A stretch of DNA of 64,000 nucleotides from Lama guanicoe (GCA_013239625.1 MU054187.1:10685231-10749230), one strand, 5' to 3'. Counted from the first letter of the stretch, positions 25,639 through 40,000 are shown. Notes: generated by a model not told the origin, from the letters alone. Numbers and translations: made by a program.

Positions 25639-26841
25639 CAGTCACTTCTGCTGTAATGCTTGTTTTAAAACTACAAATTATTCCAAGGAAACCAATATAT
25701 TAGGGAACAAGTTTAGCATAAGGTGACTCTCATGTTCGCTTTTTGCAAAATTGCATCCGTGGGAAAACAAAAGTAATGAAAACAACTGCACCCGGATGAA
25801 CCCAGATGCACGAGAACACACAAAATAAACACACACACACAGACACACTCCAGGCATCTACTGGCTTCTTCAGTTTACCAGGTATGTTATTAGCCTACAA
25901 AGTTATGTTTTGTTGTTCTTTTGCATCTGTGAATATGCATGTATATATAAGTACATATATATGTATATATACATGGACATATATTTGTAACAAAACAGAA
26001 CACTCATTCAAATTCACAAATCTGTTTAAGCATCCTGGTTCAGACTACCAAGTAGTACTTACAAGAAAGAAAGCACTTAAGGATCCCAGTGGAAGTTGTC
26101 AACTATCCTGTTGGTGCCAGTCGTGTCAGGTTTAGTGGTTTCCAGCATCACTACAATGTCCAAGGTCTTCAGTTGCCAGGTGAGCCTCCCAATGCAGATG
26201 AGAAAGCTAGGAAAGAATTTCGAGCAAGTAATGCCTAAGCTAATTGAAGAAGAAGGTTATACATTAGATTAACATGTCAGTTTTGGTGAAATTGGTGTGT
26301 TATAAACACATGCCCTGAAGGACCTGAATCTCAAATGCAAAAACGTGCACTGTGATTAAAGGCCGAGAAAGGTCTCAGAAAGGATCATGAGTCAGACCTG
26401 TCTGCATCCGGTCTTACAGTCCAGAAAACCCTCCTTCCAGTTCCTCATAATAAGGTTCAAGCTGCAGCCTTTCACATGTCCACCTCCCCAAGCTAACTCC
26501 AGGTCTTTTGCAAGGCAAAGTGCTGTATTTACCTAGAATTTATACACTTAGTACCATTGAAAATATATAGAAAAATTGTGCTGTTCACCAGAAATTGACA
26601 CAGCATTGTAAACTGACTACAACTCGATTAAAAAATACATATATATATATATATAAAATTGTGTTACCATTTTTATTACATTTCTATCTTTTTTTTAACA
26701 TGTTGCTGATACAATTTTTGAGTATTGTGCCTCCAGCCCCATTTCTCCATATCATAAGCCCTGTGGTTTTTAATTGCAAAATTTTGCTTGTCAAGTGTCT
26801 TTCTAAGGAGTGTATATGTCACATTACAGCAGAACTGACTG
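25639..26841. mobile_element. TcMar-Tigger DNA transposon inserted in a MER20/MER3-like hAT element
   Basis: TIRs cagtcacttctgctgtaatg (25639) and cattacagcagaactgactg (to 26841) are 19/20 complementary, with TA on the left flank. The host element starts cagtggttctc at ~25564 and resumes after 26841. Confidence 0.8.
26581..26654 (+). mobile_element. Very short camelid-type L1 3' tail
   Basis: ccagaaattgacacagcattgtaaactgactac plus an A/TA tail, flanked by aaaattgtg repeats. Confidence 0.8.
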
Positions 26842-27367
26842 CACCGCCGGTATTTAGCGTGCAGATGCCGGGCATACTAGACAATGCCATGTGAGGGAAA
26901 CTCCCCACCCGGTTTTCTTATGTTGGACATTACTTCCCAGTGTCCCTATTGGCATAAACATGGATGAAAATCTCTTTATAATTATCGGAGCCTAGAACCC
27001 AAGTCAGTTTTACATATAGACTGAAAATGTTTTTGAATAATTTATTATTAAATATGTACTGAATTTTTAAGAACTGTCATTACTATGTCAATTAAGAGGG
27101 GAGTTTTTTCCCCCAAGTTGTTCCCCATCTGGAGAAGGCAATCCCTGTGTTGCGATGACAATCAGGATTTTTTAGTCACTGAAAGAGAAAAAAAAAAAGA
27201 AAAAGCCACTGTCTCCAGTCTGCTCTTTGAAGTGTCGTTTTCATAGTTATTCTACCTGTTTCTGAAAAGATATGATTACTTCATTATATCTTCCAGTGGA
27301 GTCATGCTAGAGTATTGAAAATATATACTGTGAATTAAATGCCTTCAGTAGATTGAGAGCAGCATAT

Positions 27368-27926
27368 TGTGTTAACCACGCCTTTATTTTCTGTATCCTG
27401 ATGTTTTGACATCTGCTGTCTTGCTGATCCTGATAGGACTGCCCCTCCCTGGGTGGGTGAGCCAGTCCCTAGAGACAGTAAACAATTTGCCTGTGGACAT
27501 GATTTTCAGTACAAACCAGCCAACCCAGAACCTACACCCCAACCACCTCCTTTATCAGGCTCTCATTTTTTAGGCCACTATCCACTTGCCTTAATCACCC
27601 CGGGGTCAGGACAGCCCCTATGCTCCAGAGTCTGCTGAAATTGTTCAGACGGGCCAATCCTAAGCCTGCTTACCCTGCCTCACTGAATCCTTCCCATGGA
27701 AACCATGGTAAAAGGCTCTTGCCTGCAGTTCCCACCTCTGCACCCCACTGCCCCCCATCCCTCTGCCTCCTGACCAGCCCTGATGCTCTGCTCTGTAGAC
27801 TTCCCTGGTACTGTATGCCCCTCCTCTGGGGAACTGCAACAAACATCTTTTCAGTTGCAGTTGTCTCCTGATCTGTTGGCTTTACCATACCTCAAATCTT
27901 CTACTAATATACTATATATTAAAACA
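27368..27926 (+). mobile_element. Solo LTR, same family as 9750-10280, copy 2
   Basis: TG...CA ends; TSD catat/cgtat (one CpG-type change). Confidence 0.85.
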
Positions 27927-28001
27927 CGTATTTATTTAGAAGTATGGGTAAAGTTTGGCTTTATTTTCTACACATTTCATGATCATAAAAGAAATATGAC
28001 A

Positions 28002-28170
28002 GGGAACTATATTAATATCTTGTAGTAACTTACAGTGAAAAAGAATATGAAAACGAATATACGTATGTTCCCCTATGACTGAAGCATTGTGCTGTACACC
28101 AGAAATTGACACAGCATTGTAAACTGACTCTACTTCAATAAAAATAGATGTACAAAAAAAGAAACAGGAC
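28002..28170 (+). mobile_element. 5'-truncated camelid-type L1 3' end
   Basis: Characteristic 3' UTR and A tail; TSD aaatatgaca at 27992-28001 and 28171-28180. Confidence 0.9.
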
Positions 28171-29454
28171 AAATATGACAAATATTTGTTTTAAAACGGT
28201 AGCACCACGTCTGATGAGGTCGAAGACGACTGAACCAGAGCTTGACTGCACCTTGTGAATAATATTATCATAGTTTAGAGAGCATGTTTCAGTCAGAGGC
28301 TGGTTAGCCAACTTTGAATGGAAACAAGCAGCGCATTTTTATCTTTGTGTCTCGTCAAAGATGAGTGGAGAGCGGTCCTGGTAAGCTTGTGCAAAGTCTG
28401 GCTTTGTGTGCAGGATGCATCAGATGGAGTTTGCTGTCACCAAAGGCTCAAATCAGAGCAATGAATCCCTCTGCCTAGACTCCACCATCGAAGTTACAAC
28501 GTTCCATCAATTTGGCCTCAAGTGCAATGTTTCAGCAGGGACAAAATATGATAATCAGGAATGGAGATATTTTATTGGTAATTAAAATTTTTCATATAAA
28601 TAAAAATTATAATTCTGATTTAGATTTCTAGTCCTTGAGAGTTTAGTTAGGGAAAGCTAGCACCCCTGAGTTTGGTAATCCTGCGACAGTGCCAACATCA
28701 AGTAACTAATCCTAGGAGGCCGTGTCAGTCTTGTAGGGTCAGCCCTGGACCTTAATAAATTCACCAATGTCCAGACATTTAGAGGCCTCTTGGCTGAACA
28801 TCTTCAGGCAACTTTTCTGTCTTAATGTTTTCCTTTCAAAACGTCCACGATAATTAACATATATCAAGACATTTAGTTTGGGTATTATGGTATTTTGTTC
28901 ACTTTCTCTTTACGCTTCCTTCTTTCCATTTTCCTGTCTTTCCTCCATATCTAGCATAGATCCCTGGTGCATATTAGACAGTCAGTAAATTTTAAAGTAG
29001 AATTTTCAGTCTCTTTTAACAGCTGGTATTGTTACAAAAACCTTCTAGGAGTGAGTCCATTAACTTTGAGTCTTTCGGGGGGAAGAAATTCCTCTGGCCT
29101 TTTAAAAAATATAATGAAGTGTAAAGGTAAACTTGGAAGTGGCTGGTACCAGTCCTTGGAGGCACCACGTCTTGCCCCCGTTAGAGCTTTGGAACATGGT
29201 TGGTGCCGTCCCTCCTGCTCCCACCAGCTTCCTCTGGTCTGCGTGCAGGGAGCAGGAAGTCTTCCCCAGTCAGAAAACCAGAAATAAGTCACAACTGGTG
29301 CTGGGACGGCAGTTCGACTCCGTATGGCCCCCTCTTACTGTAAATCTTCACTTCTTGCTGTTGTGTTTTGAGTTCTCATTGTACGTGCATAGCTACAGTC
29401 TGCTCTGTTCACCAGCAGGTTCTTGAAATTGAATTTTACTTTCTTTAGACTTAA

Positions 29455-29820
29455 ATAAACATAATGCCTACAGAGTGACGGGCACATAGAAGGTGCTCAA
29501 TGAATAATGTAGATAAAGCTATGAAGTAATCAATCGTTGACGTTTTCCTTACTGGGAAGGCAGAATTAATGTATTGGGTATGATCATGCACTCCAAGGTT
29601 AGATGGTTCTGAGATCAAGTCCCAGTTTTGCCACTTAGAAGTTGTATGCCCTTGAGCGTGTTCTTTAAACCTTAGTATCAACATCTCTGTAAACTGATGA
29701 TAAACATATTACTTACATTAGAAGGTCCATAATTATTTAAACATGTGAAGGATTTAATGAAGGGCGTGGATCCATAAGCCCTTGGTAAAATTTAACTTCC
29801 ATTACAATTATTATTACTGT
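29455..29820 (+). mobile_element. L2 end followed by MIR
   Basis: ggcacatagaaggtgctcaatgaat; ttgccacttagaagttgtatgcccttgagc...ctctgtaaa. Confidence 0.65.
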
Positions 29821-32800
29821 TTTGATGATTATTTTTGATGTTTTTATTCTCCATCTCATTAGAACTAACAAGCTGTATTGCTTTTACCTGTCATGAAAGG
29901 TATTCGATTCCCTTAACTTTGGCTTCTGTGTAATGCAGAAAGTAAGGCTGGTCATTTGGATCTTAAATCTTGCATCTCAGATATTCAAGAATAACTCCAG
30001 ATTGCCTCTCCTTTGCCAAGTTTTCTCAATTCCCATCTTTGTGAAAAAATGGCTTTCCTCCCACGTGGGAATGTTTTAATGAAATGAATTTTGTCTACCT
30101 CATCTTGATAGTTTTGAGTAAAAGGGTTAGCCATATGGGTAATGAAGGATAATATTTTATTATGACTTGATATTAACCTAACTAAATGGGAAAATATCAG
30201 GTGTGACTTTCAGAGGAAATTTAATGAATAGAAGACACAAATGGTTCTTGCAAAGGTAAATCATTTAGCCATCCTTTATTACAAGTGTTTTCCACCAGGC
30301 TCTAGCCATTTTTTTCCTTCATTTATTTTGTCCTTTTGGTTCTAAGGTCATAAAAATAAACCACGGGGACTTACAAACTCCATATATTTACAATTATAGG
30401 ATTACTTATAATTTAAGTTATTACAGAATAATCTTAAAGATAGAACAGAGACTTCTAAAGTTAACAGAACTCTACCCACCAATAACACAATTCTGGAACT
30501 TTAATTTCATGTAGTCACTGGAGGAGCATGTGTAAACTCACTAATTTGGATTTCTGCTGTTGCCTTCAGTTACAGTGCCAACTTCCCTCTGTTCTATGCA
30601 TTAAAGTTTAATGTAGGCTCAACAAAAAGTTTAGTTTTATGCCAGCATTTCATAGTGGTGATACAAATCAATTCCAAAAAATAATCATGTTGGAAACACA
30701 ATAGTCAGTGCAAGCACAATCCAGTAATTGCTAGCAGAGCTGGCTACTCTCCACGCGGGAGCACCCCAAGAAAGTGGGGAGAACTTCATTGTGATCATAG
30801 GTCATTTCAGTCACTGCCTTTTAAATCCTGTGATATATTGTAGAGAGGCCCTCAGGTAAAGCATGGGTAAAAAAGGGCCTCAAAACATGAAAAAATGTAG
30901 AATATGCATCTCTGTAATGTTCAGTAGACTAATTCATTCTGTTATCCAATGAGAAGAATCACGGCCATGTGAGTGTGAGAAAAACTCTCCACATTGTTAA
31001 GGCTTTTGGTAATTTTCTTATAGCTGGGGTATAATTTTCTTATAGCCCCTAATTTAGTGCTATATTTCTTTTCCTTTTCAATAATCTTTTTTGTTTGTGT
31101 GTTTTATTTGTAAGCAACTATATGTGTATTATTCATCCTTTAGTAGAAGGTAATAGAGTAAATGGAAATGCCAGTGACGTATAATGACTGTTTCTTTGAC
31201 TTGTGTAATTTAACCTTCTTGGTTCTCTGAGATTCCATTGCCTTCAGTTACTTAAAAAATATTTTCATGTGTACTATACATGTGATTTATAATGCATTTC
31301 ATTTGGAAAATGAGGCATCACTTAAAATAATGTCTTCTGTTAAAATTCCCAGAAAAGTAAATGACATTTGGTAAAGCATGCATTCGTTTCAATTCAGTTC
31401 CAAAACCTTGCTGTATGTTCAGCCCTAAACTAGGTGCTGCAAGGGAATGCAAAAGAATTCCACTGTAGACCATGTAGGGGGCGCTACACAGCCTCTGAGC
31501 ATGAACAGTTAACATTAGTTGCCCATGAACAAAAACATACAGCCTGGGACTACATATGAATTTTTGAAAATTAGACTTTGGATATTAATAAGTAATAGAT
31601 CAGATTTTCCTGCCAAAAGAATGAATAGAATGAATAAGCAGATTTTTAAAAGACAAACTTACTGGAATAATATGAAGAAACTGGATGGAACAAGAAATAA
31701 TAAGGACCCAATTTTCAACCTGGGTATTTAGAAATGGGAATGTTAATACTTTAGCAACACTCACATAAGACAGCTTTTTAAAGATAATTTGATGTAACAA
31801 ATACCAGTGTCGATATAACTGCTGAAAAGTAATGTCTGAAAATATTTGCCAAGATAACTATAATTTTTTTTTTAATTCAAGGACTGAATTTGTAAACCTA
31901 AGAAAAATGGGAACACTTAATCTTTATATAAACTCCTAAAGATGAGTTCTGATTCATTTACAAGGAGTTAATACAGGTCTGGCCTTTAGGGAGGTCCACG
32001 AGCCCCTAGGTTTCTATAGATGGGAATGAAGAGGTGGTTCTGGCAGGGGGCCAGTCGTCTTCAGGGGGACTCGGCAGCAGGTAGCAGGGCTATGGTTTCT
32101 GGAAAGACCTAAGTAACAAAAAGTAGAAAGAGTCCACTCCCCAGGAGACTAGAGAACAAACCGCCTCAGCAGCACGGGGTGGACTCATGTGCTCAGAAAG
32201 CACAAGTTAAGAATGAAGGTTGAGAGTCAAATAGACCAGATTCCAACCCAGACACAAAGCTCTCTGTGTGACTATAGCTCTCCAGTTTTAGTTATCTGGT
32301 TAGTAAATACAGAAAATTATAGTACACGTTCTGTGTGATACTTTTGAGAATTTAACGTGTTTGATGTGCAATAAAGTTTGCCCCCCACCCCTAAATGCAG
32401 CTTGTGTTTACTGACGCTGCTCAAATATTGAGCTGATAGAACTAAGGAAAAGATCAAAGACAAAGGTCAGGGCAAAGCTAAATGTGGCAGGGGAGTGTTA
32501 ATGGCTCCTAAGATAGAAGGGGGAAAGGCCAAGAGCTGTGAGCGCAGCAGGTGACCGCAAGAAGCCAGCAGGACTGGGTGAGGAAGGACAAAGTTTCCAA
32601 GAATGCCTTCAAATCATTAAGAGTTTCCTTTGGCTGGATATGTCTACCTTGTTACCCTCTCCTGGGGACAGTGTCTTTAGCTTTCATTGGCTTCTCAAAG
32701 GAATATGCAACTTAAATAAAGAGGAAATGCTGGTAGAGAACTTCCCTCTCTTCTTCACTGTTAAACCCTGCAGTAGAAGGCCAGCTCGTTCTCTTAGTTT

Positions 32801-33639
32801 TAAGGAGCTTCTTTCCTGGGGCGGTCAGCTTGTTTTTGTAAAAAAAAAATAGTGGCATAGATCCACACCGCATGTTAATGACTATTGAATGTGAATTTGG
32901 GCTTCTCTCTGCAAGAAGTGTAATCACTTGATGAAAGTGTGACTGAGATGAACAGATATACTTTGACATCTATAGAAGAAAGATTGAGATTCAAAACCTG
33001 TGGTTCCATTTTGTGGTGATGGTACCACTGAATCTTTTATCAGATTTAAAACTTTTTGCATTCATGAGGACGTAGCATTCCTGCCAAGGAAAGCTACTTT
33101 TAATTTTCTGAACTCAAACCTGGACTATATTTTATTTCTAAATTTATTACTCTTAAATTTATTCAGTTCAAGAGATTGTCAAATGGATGCCTCTTATAAG
33201 GTAAAGATGTTACTTACTTTTGCCAGCTTCAGATGCCGTTGGAAGGAGCTAGGTGTCAATAAATAAAAATATAATTGCACTGATTTCAATTGGATAGAAA
33301 GAAATTTGGTTCTGATGGTTTGAACTACAATTTCTAGCTCATGACTCCACCCCTCAGCTATAATTCTACAGAAATTTTCCAATAAAGGCAGGGCACGTTA
33401 ATTTAATCTTTTAGCTACCATATAAAATTTACTAAAGTATTTCAAAGATTTTTCAAATTGTTATGCTTCTTACCCTATCAGATATAAAAATATATGAAGT
33501 CTATTCAAACATGAAATAACTCACATTGTTGCTGGTAGTAATCATTTTCTTCTCAGTGAAATAATTCAAGTATTGTCTGTTCCTCCTACAAAGCACATTG
33601 TCTTGAATACTGTAACTATAAAGCAAGGCTTTTTATTGG

Positions 33640-34330
33640 TGACAGTTATTTTAATCATTTCATTCTTCTTTTTCAACATTGTCTGAGCTCTGGTAGAGTC
33701 TATGAATTGCCATATAAATTTTAGAATAACTTCTCCATATCTACGAAATACCCTTCTGGGATTTTAATAGGAATTACATTTAATCTATAGGACAATCTGG
33801 GGAAAATGGACATCTATACTACATTTAGTCTTCCAATTCATGAACAGAACATGAATGTGGCATGTCTCTCTATTTATTTAGGTCTTCTTTTATTTATTTT
33901 ATCAGGATTTTGTAATTTTCAGCATACAAATCCTACACATGTTTTCTTAATTATATACCTATGTATTTTATGTGCTTTGGAGTGATTATATTATGGAGGC
34001 ATTATGCTTTTGATTCCAGTTTCTGCATGTTTATTTTTAGGATACAGAAATGTGATTAATTTTTGTCTGTTCATCTTGTATTGTGATGTTACTGAATGCG
34101 CTTACTAGTTTTGTAAGTTTATCTGTAAGTTCCTTGGGATTTTCTATGTAGATAATCTTGTAATCTTTAAATAGAAATAATTTTATTTCGTCTTTTCCAA
34201 TAGATATGCCTTTTATTTCTTTTTCTCCCCTTATAGCACTTACAGCACAATGTTGAGTAACAACGAGGAGAGCAAACATCCTGGTCTTATTCCTGATCTT
34301 TGGGGAAAATTGATCCGTCTTTTACCAGTG
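33640..34330 (-). mobile_element. L1 ORF2 (RT region) fragment
   Basis: ORF 34037..34279 reads AIRGEKEIKGISIGKDEIKLFLFKDYKIIYIENPK, the degraded L1 RT 'LFADDMI' region. Confidence 0.9.
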
Positions 34331-36931
34331 AGTTTAGTGGGGATATTCCACTGATCTGCTCTTGAGCTAATCAACTCATCAAATTGTCTTCTGACTTATT
34401 TTCCCATCTGTAAAAATAGGGAGAATCATTGAAGATATGTCCCTGAAATTTGTTACCACATAAACCACTATGATGTGGAAAATGTAAATCGGCAAATGAG
34501 GGAGTTAATTTGGCAAAGACTCTGAGATATTGAACGAGATTTCTTCAAGTTCACCAACGCAGTAAATACTTACTCAGAATATCTCACCATGTGATTTTAG
34601 GCTTTAGACATTTCAGTCTTCTCCCTGTCAATTACCTATTCTGTAATTCAACTTTTTTTTTAAATGTATTTCCAAAGATTCTTCCAGCTTTCTTTATCTC
34701 TGTGTTTTATAAACTCTATTCTGGGCATTATGTCAGATACAAAAATTGAGATTGTTCTGTATGTGTTTGACATGTAGTTACAGACATAAGATCTATACAT
34801 GTATAACTATAATTATTTAAGACATATTATTAGAATCAAATTGTGGTCAAATCTATGAATGAAAGCTTGCTAGCTCCATGAGAGTAAAAACTGAGTTGAT
34901 TTTAATGCACCATTTATCTCCAGAGTCTAGAATAGAGGCTCAATGAGTATTCGCTGAATTAATAATGGGTAGCAGAAGGTAAAATGTTAGAAGTTACAAT
35001 TGATGTGGTACAATTTCCAATGGACAAAAAAGCATAGCTAACCAATCAGAATGCATGCCGGCTGGTATGCTGCACCAACATGCACCACTGAATATGACCC
35101 CTGGATGCAGATCCAGGACAGGGAGAAACTGCTGGGTGGCTAGAAGAGGTGCCGTCAGAGCTGGGCTTCAAAGATGTGCAGATTTGAAGTGAGGGAGGAG
35201 GGGAAGGGTATTTAACTAGGGGCAGTTATTTGAGTAAAAGCACCGAGGTGAGAGTTCTGGAGAAAGCAGAGCAATTTGCTTTAATTGGAGAAATAGGAAA
35301 AGGAGTTTTTAAAAGTAGTCTGGAGTCCAGATATTGGAGAGAGTGACAGTTAATTCTTTTTTTTTTTTACTGTTATCTAAATATACAGTGTATATTTCCT
35401 GCTTCAAAACAGTAATAACAATAAAACAAAAACTTCTGAATATAATAGCATCTTCCTCTTCATTATTATTAGGTTAATTTAACTTAATTTTTAGAAGTTC
35501 AGTTTTAAAAAACAAATGAACTGTTGACCTTTAATAAAAACATTTAAGATGGAATAGTGGTTCAAAATATAGAAATTATTTATCATCACAATACTTAAAT
35601 GTTCTTATAAAATCAAATGGAACCTATGACTAAGATTAAAAAACTGAAAGAAAGAAATCGGCATATCTTGGTCATGTTACCCTTAGAGCTGGTATCTCTG
35701 GTTATTTCTTCTCTATGGGAGGAAATAAAAACAAATAATAAATGTTTTATGTGGTATGAGTAATAAAGAGAGTGGGAGGGTCACTTTATAGGCTCATAAA
35801 TAAATCATACTAAGTTTCCTTCGTATGTTTTACAGTCCTCCTTGACCCTGTTCTGATCTGGGAGGCATTGAAGAGAAAAGCAAGTCAGAGCCATTATTTT
35901 GTTAAACAGAAGAAAAGGCTAATAAATATTAAATCCACTTGCTTGGCCTCTCTTCTCTTTTTATATTTTTCCCAGCACTATCAGCTGGGACATGGTCTGT
36001 CTTTTATCAGAATCTGAAAAAGTGAGGGAGAGTGAATCGCTGATTTAAAAAACATCTGATGGGAAATTATTATTATAGAAACAGACAAAAACACTCATTT
36101 TAGTATTTGATTTGAACCTCGAACCTCATCGTGTGCACCATATATGCTGGCGAAGAGTGCCTGTCCTAAATGAGGTACCAGAATGTTATTCTGGCTTAAG
36201 CATACACAGAAAGAGACCTCAAACTGCAGTATTGCGTTTTCTTCCAACCCAATAGCACAAATGCTTCTTTCTCGGAAGATAAAAAGGTAGAGTTGCCTCT
36301 AAATGATAAAAATGCAAATATGGTATTGAGTCTTACACTGCTGTAACCTAAGTTCCTTTCTTTCTCTTAAACTGGGAAAATTGACCCACCAACATATTAC
36401 AAGGCATTCCCCTTGAGAATTGGTTTTATGCCTTTAAAATGTGAATTGTCTCCTAGCCAATCCAGCTGTTCCCTCTGAAGGGACATTGCGGTTATTGGAG
36501 GAGCACATGGAAGCGTTTGGAATCTTCTCTTTCTGTAGTTTTAAAAGATGCTAATCTCAATGATCTCCACAGGCCAATTTGTTAGCAGAAAAATTAGTTT
36601 AATACTTGGGGAGTGGAAGTGCACAGCCCGAATTAATCAGCTCAGCACCAACACCATTGTGGCTCAACGAATTGCAGTCATCTTCCCAATTAAATCATTT
36701 TCTTATCTCCTGGATCTTCCCAAAGCCCTTTAACATTATGTGATTTTTTCCCACTGTCATTTTGTTCTTTCTTGTATCTGCTACATGATAACTTACACTG
36801 CTCTTCGTGTCATTATTTTTAAAATTTAAAAACATTTAATCAACTAAAGCCAAACTGTTGTCATTACAAAATATAATCCACATATAAATGAATAATGTAT
36901 TTTATATTGATTTGTACTGAGTATTCAAAAT

Positions 36932-36933
<2 letters not shown>

Positions 36934-36966
<33 letters not shown>

Positions 36967-36982
36967 ATACATATATATATAT
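36934..36982. repeat. (TG)n/(TA)n microsatellite
   Basis: Directly visible. Confidence 0.95.
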
Positions 36983-36989
36983 AGAATAT

Positions 36990-37495
36990 TATTACATATA
37001 CAATGGAATATTATTCAGTCATGAGAAAGAAGGCAATTCTGCCCTTTGCAACAAGGATTGACCTTAAGGTCATTATGCTAAGTGAAATAAGCCAGGCAGA
37101 GAAAGATGAATATGGCATGATATCACTTATATGTAGAATCTAAAAAAAAGTCTCACTCATAGAAACAGAGTAGAATGGTGTTTGCCAGAGACAGGGGTAT
37201 GAGGGAAATCAAGAGAGGTCAGTAAAAGGATACAAACTTTTAGCTAAAAGATGACTAAGTTCTGAAGATCTAATGTGAAATATGGTGGCTCTAGTTGATA
37301 GTGCTGTGTTGCATAACTGAATTTTGCTGAGAGAGTAGGAAAAAAGATACCTACGTGAGGTGATGGATGTGTTAGTTAACTGGATGGGAGGGATCGTTTC
37401 ACATGTGCATGGGCATCAGAACATCAGGATGTTCAATTTAAATATCTTACCATTTTATTTATCAATTATACCTCAGTAAAGCCTTAAAAAGAATA
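36990..37495 (+). mobile_element. L1MA-type 3' end
   Basis: acaatggaatattattcag...attatgctaagtgaaataagccag...tcaattatacctcagtaaagc. Confidence 0.85.
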
Positions 37496-38789
37496 AAATG
37501 GCCAGGAAACACAATGTTTTTGTATGTCTAAAATAGGAGTGAAACCAGATATTTCTGAATCACAGATGCTCCGCAGTAGGAAAACTACAGAATAAGTGGT
37601 TGATAACGCCCACCGTGTAGATAAAACCTGTTTAGGTAAGACTTTTCTTTTTTCTCTTCATGTTTGAAAAGAGTAGCATACCCCCTCCCCCTCTGTGAAA
37701 ATGTGAGGTCCAAAAGTTTCGTCAAGTGAAAGGTGGCGCTGCAAACAAACATTTCCAGTCAGGCTCCTAGTTACACTGTGCAAAAAAAGAAAACAGTGAC
37801 ATTTAATAGATGTGTGAGAAATTAAGTGTGATGACCAGCAGAATACACGAGATGTATGTATGGTATGAGATGTATTGTAAGCATGAGAAAGTCCAGAATA
37901 ATCATGAGACAGTCACATCCATCCCCCTTTTCCCCCCGAGAGGAGAGCTCAGCTTGGCCCACCAGGTGAGAGCGGCCGCTGTGCAGAGGAAGGGAGCGAA
38001 TTGTTTATGATGTTGCATCCAAATTCATATTATTGTGGGGCATTATTGCTAGGTTTGCTGTGTGGCTTATGGGGTGAACCTCAATCAGTTTATTTCAATT
38101 TAAATGAAGTGTATGGTATATCTACCAAGTAAAAACATTGTGATGCGTGCATGGTAGTGACAACACATGATGTAGATATCAGAATAAATGGTGTCTTAAC
38201 AGACTTTGTCCTCAGCTTCCACTCCTGTGCAGAGTCAGATCCTGAGACACTGTTTCTCGCAGCCTAAACGTCCTCAGACACTCAAATTGCCTACTCTAGA
38301 CTAACGGAAAGCTTTTTGCAGTACTTTGCTCAGATTGCCTCTTGGAACCTAAAGATGCCGAGGGGCCCATGTGGAGAGCAGGAAGCCAGGTGGCAGAAGC
38401 ACTGAGGGCTTGGACAGAAAGCAGGGAGGGAAGGGCCCCGTGGGGAGCATCCTGCCAGCACCCTGGCCACGTGCCACGTTGGGAGGATGCATGCGTCTGC
38501 GTTTCTTTCCTCCTTTCTGGCGTTTATCCACTTCTCTACCTTACCCTCTTTTAACATCCTTGCTCCCAGCCTGCGTCACCACTTGGCTGGGCCACAGTGG
38601 ACAACAACTATTTTGCTTGTATTCTGGGGCTCAGAGAGGCTTCGAGGTAAAATCCATTTATCACTAGAATCATTAAACTTGAGAAGTAGTGCTGGGATGT
38701 TGCCAGTGTTAGATTGTCCATGCCACCAGGGACTGAAGGAAAGATCATTTTTAAAATATTCATAGGCAATATAAAAACGAATGTCTAAT

Positions 38790-39050
38790 ATTCATTACTG
38801 CATTTTATTTATCTATCACATGATTATACAGCACAGGCCGTGTGTTAGATCGAGCTCTAAGTATTTTTGTAAATCGTAGCTCATTGGCTCCTTGTACCAA
38901 TCCTACAGGTTAGGTTTTATTATTTACACCTTTGTCCTACAGATGAAGAAATTGAGGCTCAGAGAGGTGAAGTAAATTGCCCAAGGTCACACAGCTAATG
39001 AGAAACAGGGTTGGGATTCAAGCTCCAGAGAGTCTGTTTAGTCACTATGT
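38790..39050 (-). mobile_element. MIR SINE
   Basis: acagatgaagaaattgaggctcagagaggtgaagtaaattgcccaaggtcacacagct. Confidence 0.85.
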
Positions 39051-39434
39051 TGTTACTCTATGCTGCAGTGTGGTGACTGATGAATACAAGCGAGAGGAGT
39101 TTAATAGCTCATTGTAGTTGCTAATTTGATTGCATTGTTTTCTTTATGGTGTCCAACATCTGGGGAGTGTTTAAAGATTGCTCAGGTGCTGAAAATGCTG
39201 TCAGGCATTTAAGGATCTGGCAGTACAGACAGCTTGAAAGCCCTCCAGCTATGAACACCAAGAATTGCTCAATAAATTATAACTAACATCCTTTGTAAAT
39301 GCATGGTTGAATTGCTAAGAAAGGCAGGGAAATTGCTGTGGGCCAGAAACGAAGAAGGAACTTGAAATCAGGACATTGAACTACATAGCTGACTGTGTAT
39401 GTGCAGGGAGGTATTTATCACCTTTAATAATATA

Positions 39435-39547
39435 GGGGGGAGGGTATAGCTCAAGCTTAGCATGCACAAGGTCCTGGGTTCAATCCCCAGGATCTCCTCC
39501 AAATATAAGTAAGTAAACCCAATTACCTTCCCCTCATAAAAAAAAAT
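39435..39547 (+). mobile_element. Camelid tRNA-derived SINE (Vic-1-like), with an internal deletion
   Basis: ggggagggtatagctcaag...cttagcatgcacaaggtcctgggttcaatcccc (B box)...cccaattacc and an A tail. Confidence 0.8.
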
Positions 39548-39619
39548 ATATATATATACGGGCTTGTATTTCGTACCAGTATATGGAGAGGGAGCGTTGA
39601 GACTGAGACCCACTCCTCT

Positions 39620-40000
39620 TATAGGGTTACCCTTTCCGTACAAGTGACAATTCAGGAAAAGGTAACTCTCAAAAGTCGTGGGAAGGATTATAAATTTATA
39701 CAACCACTTTGGAGAGCAATGTAGCCATGTCTCATGAATTTGAATATGTGCATCCTTATGACCAAGCAATTCCTGTGCTTGGCTTATACCCTGGAGAAAC
39801 TCTGGGCCATGGAAAAATCAGACAGAAACAAGAATTTTATTGTAACATTGTTTACATTAGTAAAAACTTGGAACAGGAGAGTGGATAAATGAATTACGCT
39901 ATCTTTATACAATGAAATACGCAGACCAGTGAAAATCAACGTCCCGGAGACACGTAGCATCAGGGGTAATTGTCAGAAGCTTTACTTTTGTGAAAAAGAA
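39620..40000 (+). mobile_element. Old L1 (L1ME-like) ORF2 3' end
   Basis: tacaaccactttggagagcaat...tatgaccaagcaattcct...atacaatgaaatac. Confidence 0.7.

Noticed and set aside
39435..39495. tRNA-like sequence
   Set aside because: SINE head with a deletion and SINE tail, not a tRNA gene.
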